The notes beneath the pieces are model-generated. The model was not told the DNA's origin. It searched no databases and was given only the letters and a program-made list of their open reading frames with translations. Source: Chrysomallon squamiferum (taxonomy: Eukaryota; Animalia; Mollusca). Taken from it: 64,000 nucleotides of DNA. The translations under genes were made by a program, and so were the position numbers. Where the stretch lies: positions 30,690,001 through 30,754,000 of the forward strand of contig CM022671.1 of NCBI GenBank assembly GCA_012295275.1. Direction: 5' to 3'. Below, piece after piece: positions 12,339 to 25,055 of the stretch (within the stretch, counting starts at the first letter, position 1; every line of letters begins with the position of its first letter).

Positions 12339-14089
12339 AATAATGTTATTTACGATCGTATTTAGTTACCGCGGATCTGGTACGTCAAAATGATATTAAA
12401 AGCTACGTAATGAATTTCCACATGATAGGAAAAAAAAAAAAAAAAAAAAGTACATATAGTGACAAACAAGAACAAAGAGCATTCTAACGACAGAAATTTA
12501 GAACAGAAAGTAATATACGAGTATTTAATTTGATACGTCTCTTAAATACGTACTGGTTCTACGGATCAAAGGCACAACTAATGGATAAATTTAAACGAAT
12601 TTTTCATGAATAGCTTCAGTGCCGTACGAACAAATGAAGTCTCGATTAAATTATCTTGTCTGTAGCGTTTAGTGACTCGGTGATGAAGGAAAGTCGTTAG
12701 TAACTCTAATATATTAGAAAACAAAATTAAATGAGTACACAGAAATAATGATTAGTGACTATAGGTTCTAGCCTGTCATTTCCAATGTGACATGTTTGAT
12801 TTGACTGTACGCAACAAACAGGACAAAGCAGAACTTTACCACGGCCTGCGTATAGTTTATTGCATGTATATAACGTTGCTTATAAACCAAATAAATAGAT
12901 GCATATGGATATATATTTATATATTTGTTTGTATCGTTCTGTGTATCGTTTTGTTTGTTCGTTTATTTATTTTTTTTTTTTTTTTTTTTACGCTGTTGTA
13001 TTTTTTTCTATCAATACAAAAATATGTATACTTATATATACTTTTTTGTGTGTGTGTGGGTTTGTCTTTTATGTATTTTATTGAAACTAACTTTTCTATA
13101 AATATTATCAGCCAAAAACATGCAGGTTCATTTGTTATTTATACAAAATTTTATTTTAAAAATATAAAATATAAGTCTCTATTCCGATAGAAACGATACC
13201 CACTTTCAAGTCGTAGCTACTGGGGTCGTACAATTTAAAACGTATTTAGTACAGCATTGTATGTGCCTCGTACAAAAAAATGTTAATTCTCAGTGTTATT
13301 TATTCAGTGCAGTTGAAAAGTGAATCCTTTATGTCTGAAACAAAAATCTATTACGTTCGGGCTTCTTTATCATGCGTTTAATGTAAAATGTAATGAATGA
13401 ATGCTAAACAATAACTCATTACAATAATACACTGAATGATATACCTACTACACCTTTTTTATTTTATTATTATTATTATTTTTTTTAATAAACAATAAAC
13501 AAATATTAATAACAAATCAGTTTATTCATCATATCAAAATACATTTATATATTTTTGATTTTGTTACGTATGATTCCATGAATACTACTATAACTCACTC
13601 TAACTTCAATATATTTTCTAATCAAACAACTTCAAGACAACTAGAAAGACAAACAAACACACTGAGTCATTTTCAATACATTCTTATGGATTTTTAACAA
13701 TTTGTCCATACGTGCTAAATACTATTAATAATAATCATATAGCTGGTGTTTTTTTCAGTGGATACTAAAGATTTATTGATAATTATATTGCTATTTTTTC
13801 ACTCAATGGATGCAGAAAAAGCTGAAAGGAATATGATTATCTTCTTTTCTTTTTCTTTTATTCTTGTCCAGTTTCTAAAAGCAGTTTCAAGCAACAGGTT
13901 GTTTTCTTGATGACTACGATTTTGTTTAATTTCTTTTTAAAAAAACCTAAAAAAACCTCACCTAAGTAAATAAATAATAATAAAAAATAACCTTCCCCAA
14001 AAACCTAAATATATGTTAATATTTTATGATAATAAAAAAGCTCTTCAATTAACATATATTCATTCACACGTTTGTTTTGATGAAATATG

Positions 14090-14129
<40 letters not shown>

Positions 14130-14196
14130 TAATAATAATAAATAAATAAGTAGAAAAAAGAGTCTGGACATTAGGGTGACATGAATTATGAGCGCA

Positions 14197-15589
14197 TCAT
14201 TTCACTTGAAATTCCAATAACGGAGAGAATCTTGCTTTTTCCTTATCGAGTTTTGCGTACAGTTTGGCCAAGCATGGCTTCGTTCCAGTTTGAACCAGTC
14301 CTTCCCATATGCTGTCGGCAATGACCTTGAAATGAAACCAGGCGTCGCCAATCAGAAGCGCTACGTCGGACGCCATTGGTGCTCGAACTCTGAAGGTCAC
14401 ACATGTGTTAAAGTCAAGGTCACCGGACATAGGCTCTAACAACGTACCATTAAACCAACGATGACAAGCACGTGGTAACGGTCTTCTATTTTTGGCTGGT
14501 TGTTTGCAGTCGATAAGGTACCTAAACAAACACTCGAAAGGGGCGCTGCCGTCTGTTTCCGGTGAGGTAATTTTAGCGCCGAATATCGCAAATACGTATT
14601 TCCCGACAAATGGACAGCGGACTAAGTAAGAAATGGAATTTTCATCTCGTTGTTTTACGAAAACGTATCTCTGAAAGTCTTCGTCTGTAGCACCAGATTC
14701 GTTGCCGTGGTAATGAAGTGAATGTGATAGTCTGATGTCTTGATGAAGCTGGAAGTTGAACACGAGGTCATCATGGCTGTAGGTGACCGCAGGGTCGATG
14801 TGCGTTTGGGGGAGCAAACCATAATTGCTCATGCTTGGTGTGGGGCCAAAGAATGAAACCTTCGGAAAGGGACTTTTCAGGTTTTCTTTCTTTTCTCTGC
14901 ATTTTATTTGAAAAGCACACGCGCTCTGTAACGAATCCGAACACCAACTGTCTTTAGCAAAAATAGAAAAGTAGTAGCGTCCTTTCTTCGGCGGCGCTAC
15001 AGTGAAAATAGCTTTGTGACCGATGATCCTCAGCATCACGCGACCTTCCAAACAAGGCGAGTTCGAATCCTTGTCTTTAGGCTCTAAGGTATAGCCGAAC
15101 CCGACAGGACTGGGTATTGTGACCTGGATCAGAATGACACCGTTTTCTGTCTGCTGTATGCAGTCGTAGTGCATCACAAATTTCAGTCCGTAATTGAAAA
15201 ACGGCGATTTGACGACAGGCAGATTAATAAATTCTGACAGCGTAACCGGACACTCTAGAAGCTGCCATGCCGGATCGTCAGGGAAGTGCTGATAGATGTG
15301 CTCCTCTGGATCCGTGATGAAATAAAATTCGTCGCATTCGTACGAAAAATGTCCGAAGTCGTCGCTGTCTCTCTTGGTTCGTTTGCTTCCGGCGAGGTCT
15401 GTTTTGTTTCGCGCGGATCCCGCCTTCACGTGTCGCGCACCCCAGTTGCAGTTGACAAAGCACCAAGAACCGTCAATGCTAACCGCAGTCCACGTGTTAC
15501 GAAAGCGTTCGTCTTCGAACTTCATTCCTGGTTTGTAGCCAGCGCCTTTCGAATAACCCTGGATAACCTCACAGTACAGTCCCGCGTAA
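14197..15589 (-). CDS. hillarin / ltd-1 / KY-like protein A, terminal exon 7 (transglutaminase-like domain + KY-type C-terminal beta domains)
   Basis: Acceptor CTTCAG|T. Encodes YAGLYCEVIQGYSKGAGYKPG...RNTWTAVSIDGSWCFVNCNWGARH...DEFYFITDPEEHIYQHFPDDPAWQLL...LPVVKSPFFNYGL. Stop TGA at 14199-14197. Confidence 0.93.
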
Positions 15590-17239
15590 CTGAAGAAAGG
15601 AAAGTAATTTTTTCATTAAATAAAATTGTTTATTTATGTATGTATGGATGTATGTATATATATATGTATGTATGTTTGTATGAATGCATGTATGTATATA
15701 TCAGTGTGTGTATAAGTGTGCATATGCATGTATAAGTTTATATATTAACGTATATGTACATATATATTTAATAAAGTAAAAATAAAGTAATAAATCATAA
15801 AACAATCACACAAACAAAGGCAATCTCTGTGAACTATAAATGTGCGGTACAAAGCTTAAAACTCGCTCGAATGTGTCAGTTTGAAATTAACTAGAACTGA
15901 ATAAAGAACAAATCAATTTCGTTTAATCTGGACTTTTCGACCATTTCTCGTTCTCCTCAAACTGGACACGATATAACGAGTCTCCAGAGAGGCATTTAGC
16001 GGTTTCCTGCCTGTTATTTGTTTTGCGGAAACGACACACACTAATTACAACAGAACATCGATAGAAGCGACAAGACCAACGCCAATTCGATGCAGAAACA
16101 AATCTTTAAACTGCATTCAGCGGAGACATATTCAACAGTTGTTAGCGGCCTTTATCGGTGACTCACACATCCGGACAACCGTTTCATCTTGCTGAACCAT
16201 CTTCGACCCGAAACTATTGATTACTTTTTTTAATTTTTTTTTATTTGTTTGTTGGAAAGCCTTTTAAGATTTATCATTGTTTGATATGCGTGTCGCTAGA
16301 CAAATTACTGAGAACAAAATAAAACTGCTGTGTTGTCTTACATTAATCAGTTTCGAACATAAGAGTTATGACAAGCCAATATAAACCTGACCCCGAGTCA
16401 AATAAATATTCATCTTTCTACAGTTTAGAATCAACGACTGGTAAAGAAATTCTATTAATGATGTTGGTATTCGGCTTGGTGATCTATAACTGGAAAAATT
16501 TATGTACTTCCTTTGATTTCTAATTTTGAAAACAGTTGTTCGTTTATTTTAGTTTTTACTGAAGATCAAACAAAAAATTAAAAATAAAACATTTTTAATT
16601 CATTACAGAATTTTTATCGAATTGCACTGTATTAGTAAAATTAAATAAAAAAAACAAAAACAGGAAAGCATCATTTTCACAAATGAATAGTTAATGAGCA
16701 CGACATTGTAACTGATAATTTAATTGATTTTCTGTTTTATAACAATATATGTGACACTGATAGGAAGGACTGATAATGTTGTATGAAGATGATTTTTTTG
16801 TATGTAAAATAGTTCGAGTTATCACGGTGCTCGAATATTCAAATGTCAAATATTTAGTGCAGTTCCAGTGTGCGGGTAATATACGTTTTATACTGCATGA
16901 AACACACTCTTGCGTATTTGGTAAACTTAGTATACAGAACGGAAGAGTGAAGAGCAGTTTTGTGTGTATCAGATAGAGATACTGTATGGATCTATGTATG
17001 AATGTACTAATGGGGGAGGGGACAGCGAGAGAGAGAGAGAGAGAGTATATACCCGAGTAACTTGTATACATGACTTACTGATGAAAGTAAAGACACGCAA
17101 AAGAGATTTAATTAGAAACTTTAATATTAACAGTGAAGGAGAGAGAAAGGTTACAAATTTAGAGAAAAAAGAAAATTAAAAAAAGTCAGTGTAAAGACAT
17201 AGAGAAAAAATGTAGGAAGAAAACAAAAGTGAAAAAGAC

Positions 17240-17328
<89 letters not shown>

Positions 17329-17535
17329 AAAAGCGGATATGAAAAAATATAGTAAAACAGTGAAAGATAGAAAGAAGAAAAAGACACTGATGCTGATAGA
17401 AAGAGAAGAATGCAGACAGAAAAACAGATGAGAGAAAGAAAGAAGTTATTTGTTTGTAATTTGTATAGACTACCATGTCAATCTCACAAAATGTTTTTTT
17501 TTAAAAACTAATCAATATTTAAAATGTCGTGTTAC

Positions 17536-17679
17536 CTGCAGAGTCTCTTGAAGAGATCGTGGTACGTTTCAGTGCCGTACTTGATGCCTCTCAGGAGACC
17601 CAGAGGAGACTCAGGATTCACCGACTCCTCCACGTCCAGCTTGTTCAAATCTGTCCATGTGACCCAACGAAAAATGCTC
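17536..17679 (-). CDS. hillarin/ltd-1-like protein A, exon 6
   Basis: Encodes RSIFRWVTWTDLNKLDVEESVNPESPLGLLRGIKYGTETYHDLFKRLCS. AG/GT boundaries, phase 2-2, 144 nt. Confidence 0.92.
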
Positions 17680-17921
17680 CTGCAATACAGTACAGTCAGA
17701 TTAGAAAACGATGTCACAGTTTAAGCGCAGTGTAAAGCAAGACTGACTGTTTAACCGGTGTAACAGAAGAAAAGCTCAAACTGACAAAAATCACGAAAGA
17801 CTCCTTGTAAAATAAAAGCCATGTTTCTGAATCAGCGATTAAAATTTCTAAGGAGGCCAGCTTTTAAAATAAATATACAAAATGTAATAAAAATGTAACT
17901 AGATGTATAAAAGTGAAATTT

Positions 17922-17965
<44 letters not shown>

Positions 17966-18084
17966 GTTACCCCGTCTACCAAATTCTGTTTTCAACTGAT
18001 TAAAGTAAAACAAATACAAAACAATATAAAAAATGATTAAAAAAGTAACATGATAGATGCCCATAAAATGAGACAAATTATTAC

Positions 18085-18167
18085 CTAGCCTTTTCCAAGT
18101 CAGTTTCACAGTCCATTATCAAATCTTTCACTAGTTCAGTAAACGTTGTGTAGCCTTTTAAAATTAC
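18085..18167 (-). CDS. hillarin/ltd-1-like protein A, exon 5
   Basis: Encodes VILKGYTTFTELVKDLIMDCETDLEKAR. 83 nt, the same length and phase as the paralog exon at 63618-63700. Confidence 0.88.
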
Positions 18168-18189
18168 CTGAAATACATAAATAAATATA

Positions 18190-18232
<43 letters not shown>

Positions 18233-18756
18233 AACGACAGAGATAGAAAGAAAAATAATAATTAAATAAGTAAGTAGTCTATAATTAAAGACAGATAGAA
18301 AGATAAGTACACAAATAAATAAATAAACACCTATAAAAATATGGTGTAATTACATTAACAACAAATTTGACCACCATAACTGAGTAACAACACATCGTGA
18401 CATACAACATATAATTATGACATGTGACCATTTTACAGATGGATTCGTGACTGATTTTATTATTGTAATTACTACTTTGTAATGACATTAGAAAAAACGT
18501 TAGGGAAAATAGTTCCGTTTCTCCACCCGATGACGTCATCACTGCCATAGGCAAATGGCGGCTTTCAGATTTGTTTTTATCATTTTCTGTTATATATACT
18601 TTGCAGTTAAATAAGACTGTACAACAAGACAAACAAAATGTAAAAAGCAACCTAGAAAATAAAACAGACAATAATGATTTCTTCGTATCACGTAAAGATT
18701 GACTGTAACACACAGAGAATCCTGACGTGTAAAATGTACCGCGGTAACATACTCAC

Positions 18757-18897
18757 ACAGAACACGTGATTGTCAATCCGCTCAAACACAGAGGGGCTTT
18801 TGAACAGCTGATACTTCTTGAATTCGGGCGGGGTCACTGGTGGCGGTCGGGACAGATCGACTGAGGACGATCTGTCTGATTCTGGAGTGCTTTGACC
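18757..18897 (-). CDS. hillarin/ltd-1-like protein A, exon 4
   Basis: Encodes GQSTPESDRSSSVDLSRPPPVTPPEFKKYQLFKSPSVFERIDNHVFC. TTTTCAG acceptor, GTGAGT donor, 141 nt, phase 0-0. Confidence 0.88.
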
Positions 18898-19440
18898 CTG
18901 AAAAGAAAAGGGGAAAAAAAAAAAAAAAATAAATCATTTGTGTGTACAGTTTGGTTTCATTTGGAATCTAGTACATACATTTTTACATTGTCCTCAGAGA
19001 GCTCGATTTTCTTAAAATTAAGTTGAAATTAAATCGAAAAATTACTGTCAAATTTCATTGTTGTTCTTATTCTTGTGTGTGTTTTATACTTTCTTATTTT
19101 GTCAAATGTATAAGAAATATAGCTTTTACATTTTTATTGTAATTACCTGGGACTCCTTTTTGTCTAATACCCAACTTAGTTTAGAATAATGAATTATAGA
19201 GCTTCGTAATGGGGATTGTACCTTTGAAATGGACTCTTTAATTCTCAAAATCATATGACCTTCTGAGAAAAAGCCTATCTTTTTAAACTAAATGTTTAAA
19301 TAGTTTTGCTACTTCAATAACACGAAAATAAATTAAATAAAAATACAAAACATATTTAACAAGGATTCCTGATAAAAACAGCTTTCTGTTACGTGCAATT
19401 ACATTACAGGCAGATCGATCGACTGGTATTCGGAACTTAC

Positions 19441-19824
19441 GTCATTCGTGGAAAGACGTTCAGCTATCATGAGCAGCATTTCCTGGCTGTGCTTCTCGAT
19501 CATCCGGGCAACTTGCTGCTTTTCTTCCGTGGTAAGTCTCTCCATCAGCTTTCGCACCTTCTCTTCCCTCTTTCTTTTATAGTGTTCTTCCAACTTCTCT
19601 GTTTCTCTGGCGACTCCATTCTTGCCCTTTTGAGGGGAGAATCTTTCCAGCGTGGACACGAGTTCTTTCACCGATTTTTCTTTTTCTTTTTGTAGTTCCT
19701 CGTCCAGCTTCTTAAGTTTTCGTTCCCTTTCTTCCATGATGTGCTGATACAGCTGATCCTCTTCAACCTTTTGTATTTTTTCCAGTTCCGACTGAGCATC
19801 AAAGACACCCAATTTCTCGTAATC
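19441..19824 (-). CDS. hillarin/ltd-1-like protein A, exon 3 (E/K-rich coiled coil)
   Basis: Encodes DYEKLGVFDAQSELEKIQKVEED...KHSQEMLLMIAERLSTND. CCAG acceptor, GTAAGT donor, 384 nt, phase 0-0. Confidence 0.88.
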
Positions 19825-19833
19825 CTGGACAAG

Positions 19834-19875
<42 letters not shown>

Positions 19876-20054
19876 CTAGTATGTATATGTTAGAACACTG
19901 TGCCCTGGACAAAAAATCACAATGACATAAATATACAGGCTGCAGTCAAACGTAAACACCCCGATATAAATCTTTTACTTTTTTCATCTAACGTATGTAT
20001 GTATGTACATATATACTTATCTGCTTTACATAAATAGCTATCTACATACGTACG

Positions 20055-20094
<40 letters not shown>

Positions 20095-20837
20095 CTTATA
20101 TACACACATATCCCTATATTCGCACATACATACATACCTACGTACGTAGGTACATACATAAATACATATTAAATATACTGATTAAGCAGATGTTAAAATT
20201 ATTTTTCTCTTTTCACGAAATGGAATTTTAAATATTTCAGCTTCTTTTAACTCTAACGAAGACCGGAAAGCTTAAACAGGTTTTTAAACCACGACAAGAT
20301 ATCTTAAACGGTTCCGCCTACTTTAACATTACACGCTCTAATATATATATAAAAAAAAAAAACAAAAAAAAAAAACAAACAACTAATGTATGAGAACCAG
20401 TCACTAAAATTTAACCCGTTTTACAAGAAAATACCTTTAACAACTCACAGAAAATTCACATAATTTCTCTTTCTTCTGAAAGACCGTTATGTGGAAGTTA
20501 TATTTAACGAACAAACAGAGGACTGAACAATCGACAAGCCAAGTCGTGCTTACCTACTCAAACATGCGCGACAGATTATTATTTACAGCTTTTTAAACTG
20601 TGGATCCGGTGAAAGGCGAGGACGAAGGAAAAGTGGAAAATAATATTTCGCGATTAGGCTCACGGTGTTCGTCTGAACACACCTCGATAGAGAAAAACAT
20701 TAACGCGATTGTGTCACTACCGGTTTCCACTGGTCTTGATGTCTTCGTAACACGCGACAGAAAACATTCTCACACATCCACTGCTTCGAATGTAAACACA
20801 GGCAGGGAATTCAGGGCAAAAACAGTTTTAAGTAACA

Positions 20838-20869
<32 letters not shown>

Positions 20870-21080
20870 AGCAATAATAAAGATAATGATAATGATAATA
20901 AGGATGATATAAATAATGATAATGATAATAAAGAAACATATTAATATAGATTACAATACTGTTGATGATAGTGATAATGATAATAATCATGATGATGTTG
21001 ATGATGATGATCATATTCATACTATTTTCGTCAGTCGTTGACGAACATTAACTGAAGTATTAATTAAGTATTGTAGCTAA

Positions 21081-21123
<43 letters not shown>

Positions 21124-22066
21124 CGAGACCTAACAGAACAATTCTCCAATCCTCGAACATATCTCTAAACTGCACGTGAACAATACCCCCCCAAACCCCC
21201 ACAAAACAATAACAATCCTGCACTTTCCCACAACGATTAAAAACTAACGAAATGAAATCAGTCGAGGACAAAACGTTTCAAAAAAACGAAAACGTAAAAC
21301 TAAGCCACAAACAATGACCTACCTTGCCCAGACAACAGACACGTTTTAAAAACACAAGCAGATTTCCTCAGCAAACCTTGCAGGCAGTAAAACGCAAATT
21401 ATTATATTTTTAAAACAGAATGTAAACACAAACGTCGGAGACAATCTACTTTAAACTGTTAGGTGTTGACTCACCCTAGACTGGCTACCTGTCCTTTTCA
21501 TGTATATATATATATATATTTTTTTTTTTCAGTGAAATAAAAGTGAAAGGATATTTCTGTTTAAGCGAAGGAATAGATTTTTTTTTTTTTTTGTACACTA
21601 CATTAGTATAAATGTTTACATTTGTGCATGCATATATTCGTGTGTTATACATTAAAACACATATGATTAGAGTATGCAATACGTAAGTATGTGTGTATAT
21701 CTGTGTTTATATATATTTATATACTCTAAACATGCACACAAACATATTCTCACACATACGTACATACTGATATATGCAGACGTTATGTATATACACAAGC
21801 CGCAGCTTTATAACTTGCATCATGCCAGAATAATTTCAAGATATTTTAACAAACGTACATCTACATATATACATAATTGTATGTCAGTATGTCCTCACAG
21901 TATATATACATGCATGCATACACGTCGACATATTGACAGAGCTATCCAAGTACACTTTACCAACGCTTCTGTGAATTCCGTTGTCAAGTCGTGTTCGATA
22001 TTAAAAGAAACGGACAACAGTTAAGTCAAGATTATAAATTATTAAAAAAGAAAATGTCGGTGTCAC

Positions 22067-22183
22067 CTCATATGTTCCTGTTGATGTTTTCTGCTTTCCT
22101 CGCATGAAGATTTCTCTGTAGTGCGCGAACTCGAGTGCATTGGCGTCATACTGCCAGCCTGGGTTGTACACACTTCCACGAGT
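22067..22183 (-). CDS. hillarin/ltd-1-like protein A, exon 2
   Basis: Encodes TRGSVYNPGWQYDANALEFAHYREIFMRGKQKTSTGTYE. TCTTTCAG acceptor, GAG|GTGAC donor, 117 nt, phase 0-0. Confidence 0.82.
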
Positions 22184-22186
22184 CTG

Positions 22187-22575
22187 AAAGACAAAATAAT
22201 TCCACATGTTAACTCAAAGATAAAATAATTCCACATATTAACTCAGAGATAAAATAAATCCACATACTATTAACTCAGAGACATAATAAATCCACATATT
22301 AACTCAAAGGCATAACAAATCCACATATTGACTCAAAGATAAAATAATTCCACATATTAAAACAAAGATAAAATAATCGACATATTGACTCAAAGATAAA
22401 ATAATTCGACATATTAACTCAGAGATAAAATAAATCCATTAATTAACTCAAAGACAAAATAAATCTACATCTTAATTCAAAGTTAAAATAAATTCACATA
22501 TTAACTCAAACTTGAAACAAATCCACATATTAACTCAAAGATAAAATAAATCCACATAATTGACTCAAAGATAAT
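22187..22575. repeat. 29-bp minisatellite (~13 copies) abutting the exon 2 acceptor
   Basis: Unit aaagataaaataattccacatattaactc repeated with few variants. Confidence 0.92.
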
Positions 22576-23323
22576 AATTTTTATTTTTATTTTTATTTTT
22601 TTTTTTTTTTTTTTTTTTTTATGTGACGTTTCCTAGATACAAACGTAAAACAATCCCTAATAGACTGAGTATAATGCAGCTTGTTTTCCCCATACGTAAT
22701 AATTTGCTCTATAATGAGTTTTGTAATGATCCATAAAAGAGAAAACTCGACACCACTGCATTGTCAGTTACTGTTTCAGTGTATTATTATCATTTCTACA
22801 CCACCAACACCATTCGTGTTACTGTTATTATTATTACCATTCTATTTATTTATTTATTGGTTTTATTTAAAATGTTTTAAGATGCGCTTTCCCGTAAACA
22901 CCAAAATTCACACCACGGAGAACGGATCTCACAACCATCCGCTCCGCATCCCTATACGAGACCTCGGAGTTACAGCGAGTGTATGAACACGAAATATAAC
23001 GTTAGACAGTCAGTTTTCACTGTTCATAAAGCACAGGAGTGAACGAGTGGGCTTCTTTGACCTTAATTCTGATTCAGATTTTACAAAATCCTTTGGTCCA
23101 GTCTAAGCCTCGAACACGTTGCAATACAAACACTTGCATGATAATGTACAGCGAGCGTGTATAAATTAATCACAATATAATCACTTGTGAGAAAACAGGA
23201 TTATATTGTTAGATATCACGCCGACCTGGATATAAGTGTATTGTAAAGAAGAAGTTATTTTATTATATACAAACAAGCACATATGTGTGTGTGTATGTGT
23301 GTGTATATGTGAGTCTCTCTCTG

Positions 23324-23358
<35 letters not shown>

Positions 23359-24000
23359 GTGTCTATGTTTGCATAGAAATTACGTGTGGGTACGTACGCA
23401 TAATAGCCTACATGCTTGCATTAATCGATTAATACAAACACCAAATCAGTATTTATTTAACATCATTTTAACACATTTGCAGTTGAAGTGAAGAATCGAT
23501 ATGATAATTAAAACAAAAACAAAATTTAAACTTTGCTAAAATTGAAATATTGCAACACTAAACATACGAAACGAAGCAAAGCCTATGTATAGCCGAGTTC
23601 CATCAAATATTTATACTTGTTTAACTTAGGTACTATCTCTCTTTTCTCACGTAAAATCTCGTTCAGTGTGAATAAGCAACGATTAAACAATAAACAGGAG
23701 ACGATTATCAAAGAAAATAATAAAAAAAATAAAACACTTTGAGTAAATATTAAATTATTCATCCAAAACGATGTCGATATTTACGTGGTAAAGGTTCTTT
23801 GGTACTCTGTGTTTAGAAATCAACAAACACATAATATTAACACACTCAGATTGAAACCGTGGGATCGATACTCGCATTCTTTTTTCTTCAGTGAAAATAA
23901 TCTGACAAGTACGATGACAGGTATTAATGGAAAGGCTTCAGTTTTGTCGTAGATGCAAAAACTTTCGTCATCAAGTTTGACGATTTGAGTCTGCACGTTT

Positions 24001-24270
24001 GATAAATTTGAGCGATGCCAAATAGAAGAAGATAATGATGAAAAAAAATATGAAGAAAGAATACACATAAAAAAAATTAAAAAATAATAATAATAATTTT
24101 TAAAATGATGATAAAAATGATGATAATAGTATTATTATGGTTATTAGTTGTAGAGATGGTATTGATGTTAGCAGCAATAATGGTAGTAGTATAATAATAA
24201 TAATAGGAGAGGTAGTTATTTTATACAGGCAATATCAGCAGGAAAACATTTCAGTGTAAGTAAGTTAGTG

Positions 24271-24308
<38 letters not shown>

Positions 24309-24741
24309 TAAATAAATAAATAACTGAATACTTTATTAAATACATTTTGAAAATGAGACAAAATAAATTAATTAAAAATTAAATTAAAAGAAAAGTAAAA
24401 GTAAAAGGTTTTAAAAAAACAAAGGAAAGAAAAAAATGGAAACTAAGAAAAAGTTCATACATTAATCATCAAATGCATTAACAATTTTTTTTATCCGCGT
24501 AAGTTCTTCCGCGTGATTCACGCGTTGTGAGGAATTAGCCGGAACTGGTTCGCACTGTAGTAATCCCAGCGGAAGACGAACGGAATTCGACTGCTCGTTT
24601 TGTAAAATATTGTGATAGGTATCGTCTCACGATCCTGCAATTCTGAGATTGTTAGAGAACTGTCATTTGAAACGAAACGCTTGCATGTCATTTGTCATAG
24701 ATACTTTAGAACGATGGATTGGTAAAGGTCAAAGGGTCGCG

Positions 24742-24782
<41 letters not shown>
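24001..24782 (+). repeat. long inverted repeat, left arm
   Basis: Reverse complement of ~32860-33704. The core ggaattagccggaactggttcgcactgtagtaatcccagcggaagacgaacggaattcgactgctcgttttgtaaaatattgtg is identical in both arms. Confidence 0.92.
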
Positions 24783-24784
<2 letters not shown>

Positions 24785-25055
24785 ATGATTAAACAAATAT
24801 TAATTCATTCATATTGTTTTTGTTCCCGTTCGTCTATTGATTACCAATGGGAATCGCACGAATAGCGCCCTAAAACAAATAACCTTCACCCTATGCTAAA
24901 AAACGTGCAAGGGGAAGGTTGTTTTCATTTTTTAACAATATGGCGAAAACGTCGGATGTAAATAAACTTTTCCTAGTGTTTATCATAATAACTACATCGT
25001 ATATTCACATTTTAGGAAGACCAAATGACCGGACGGCCCGCTAAGTTGACACGAG
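24785..25055 (+). pseudogene. inverted copy of the carboxypeptidase promoter + 5'UTR + first ~38 codons
   Basis: Reverse complement of 9443-9714 with 7 substitutions and 1 indel by manual alignment. ATG 24940 gives MAKTSDVNKLFLVFIIITTSYIHILGRPNDRTAR* (AAA>TAA at 25042-25044). Confidence 0.95.

Noticed and set aside
18529-18540. 12-bp palindrome GATGACGTCATC (CRE core) in an intron
   Set aside because: Single short motif, plausible by chance in 64 kb, with no supporting evidence.
20600-20944. 114-aa + strand ORF ending in poly-D/N
   Set aside because: GTG start, C-terminus produced by a (GAT)n microsatellite, no family motif.
22187-22575. CRISPR-like appearance of the 29-bp array (also 29930-30785)
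   Set aside because: Units are contiguous or homologous throughout with no unique spacers, there are no cas genes, and the context is a eukaryotic intron.
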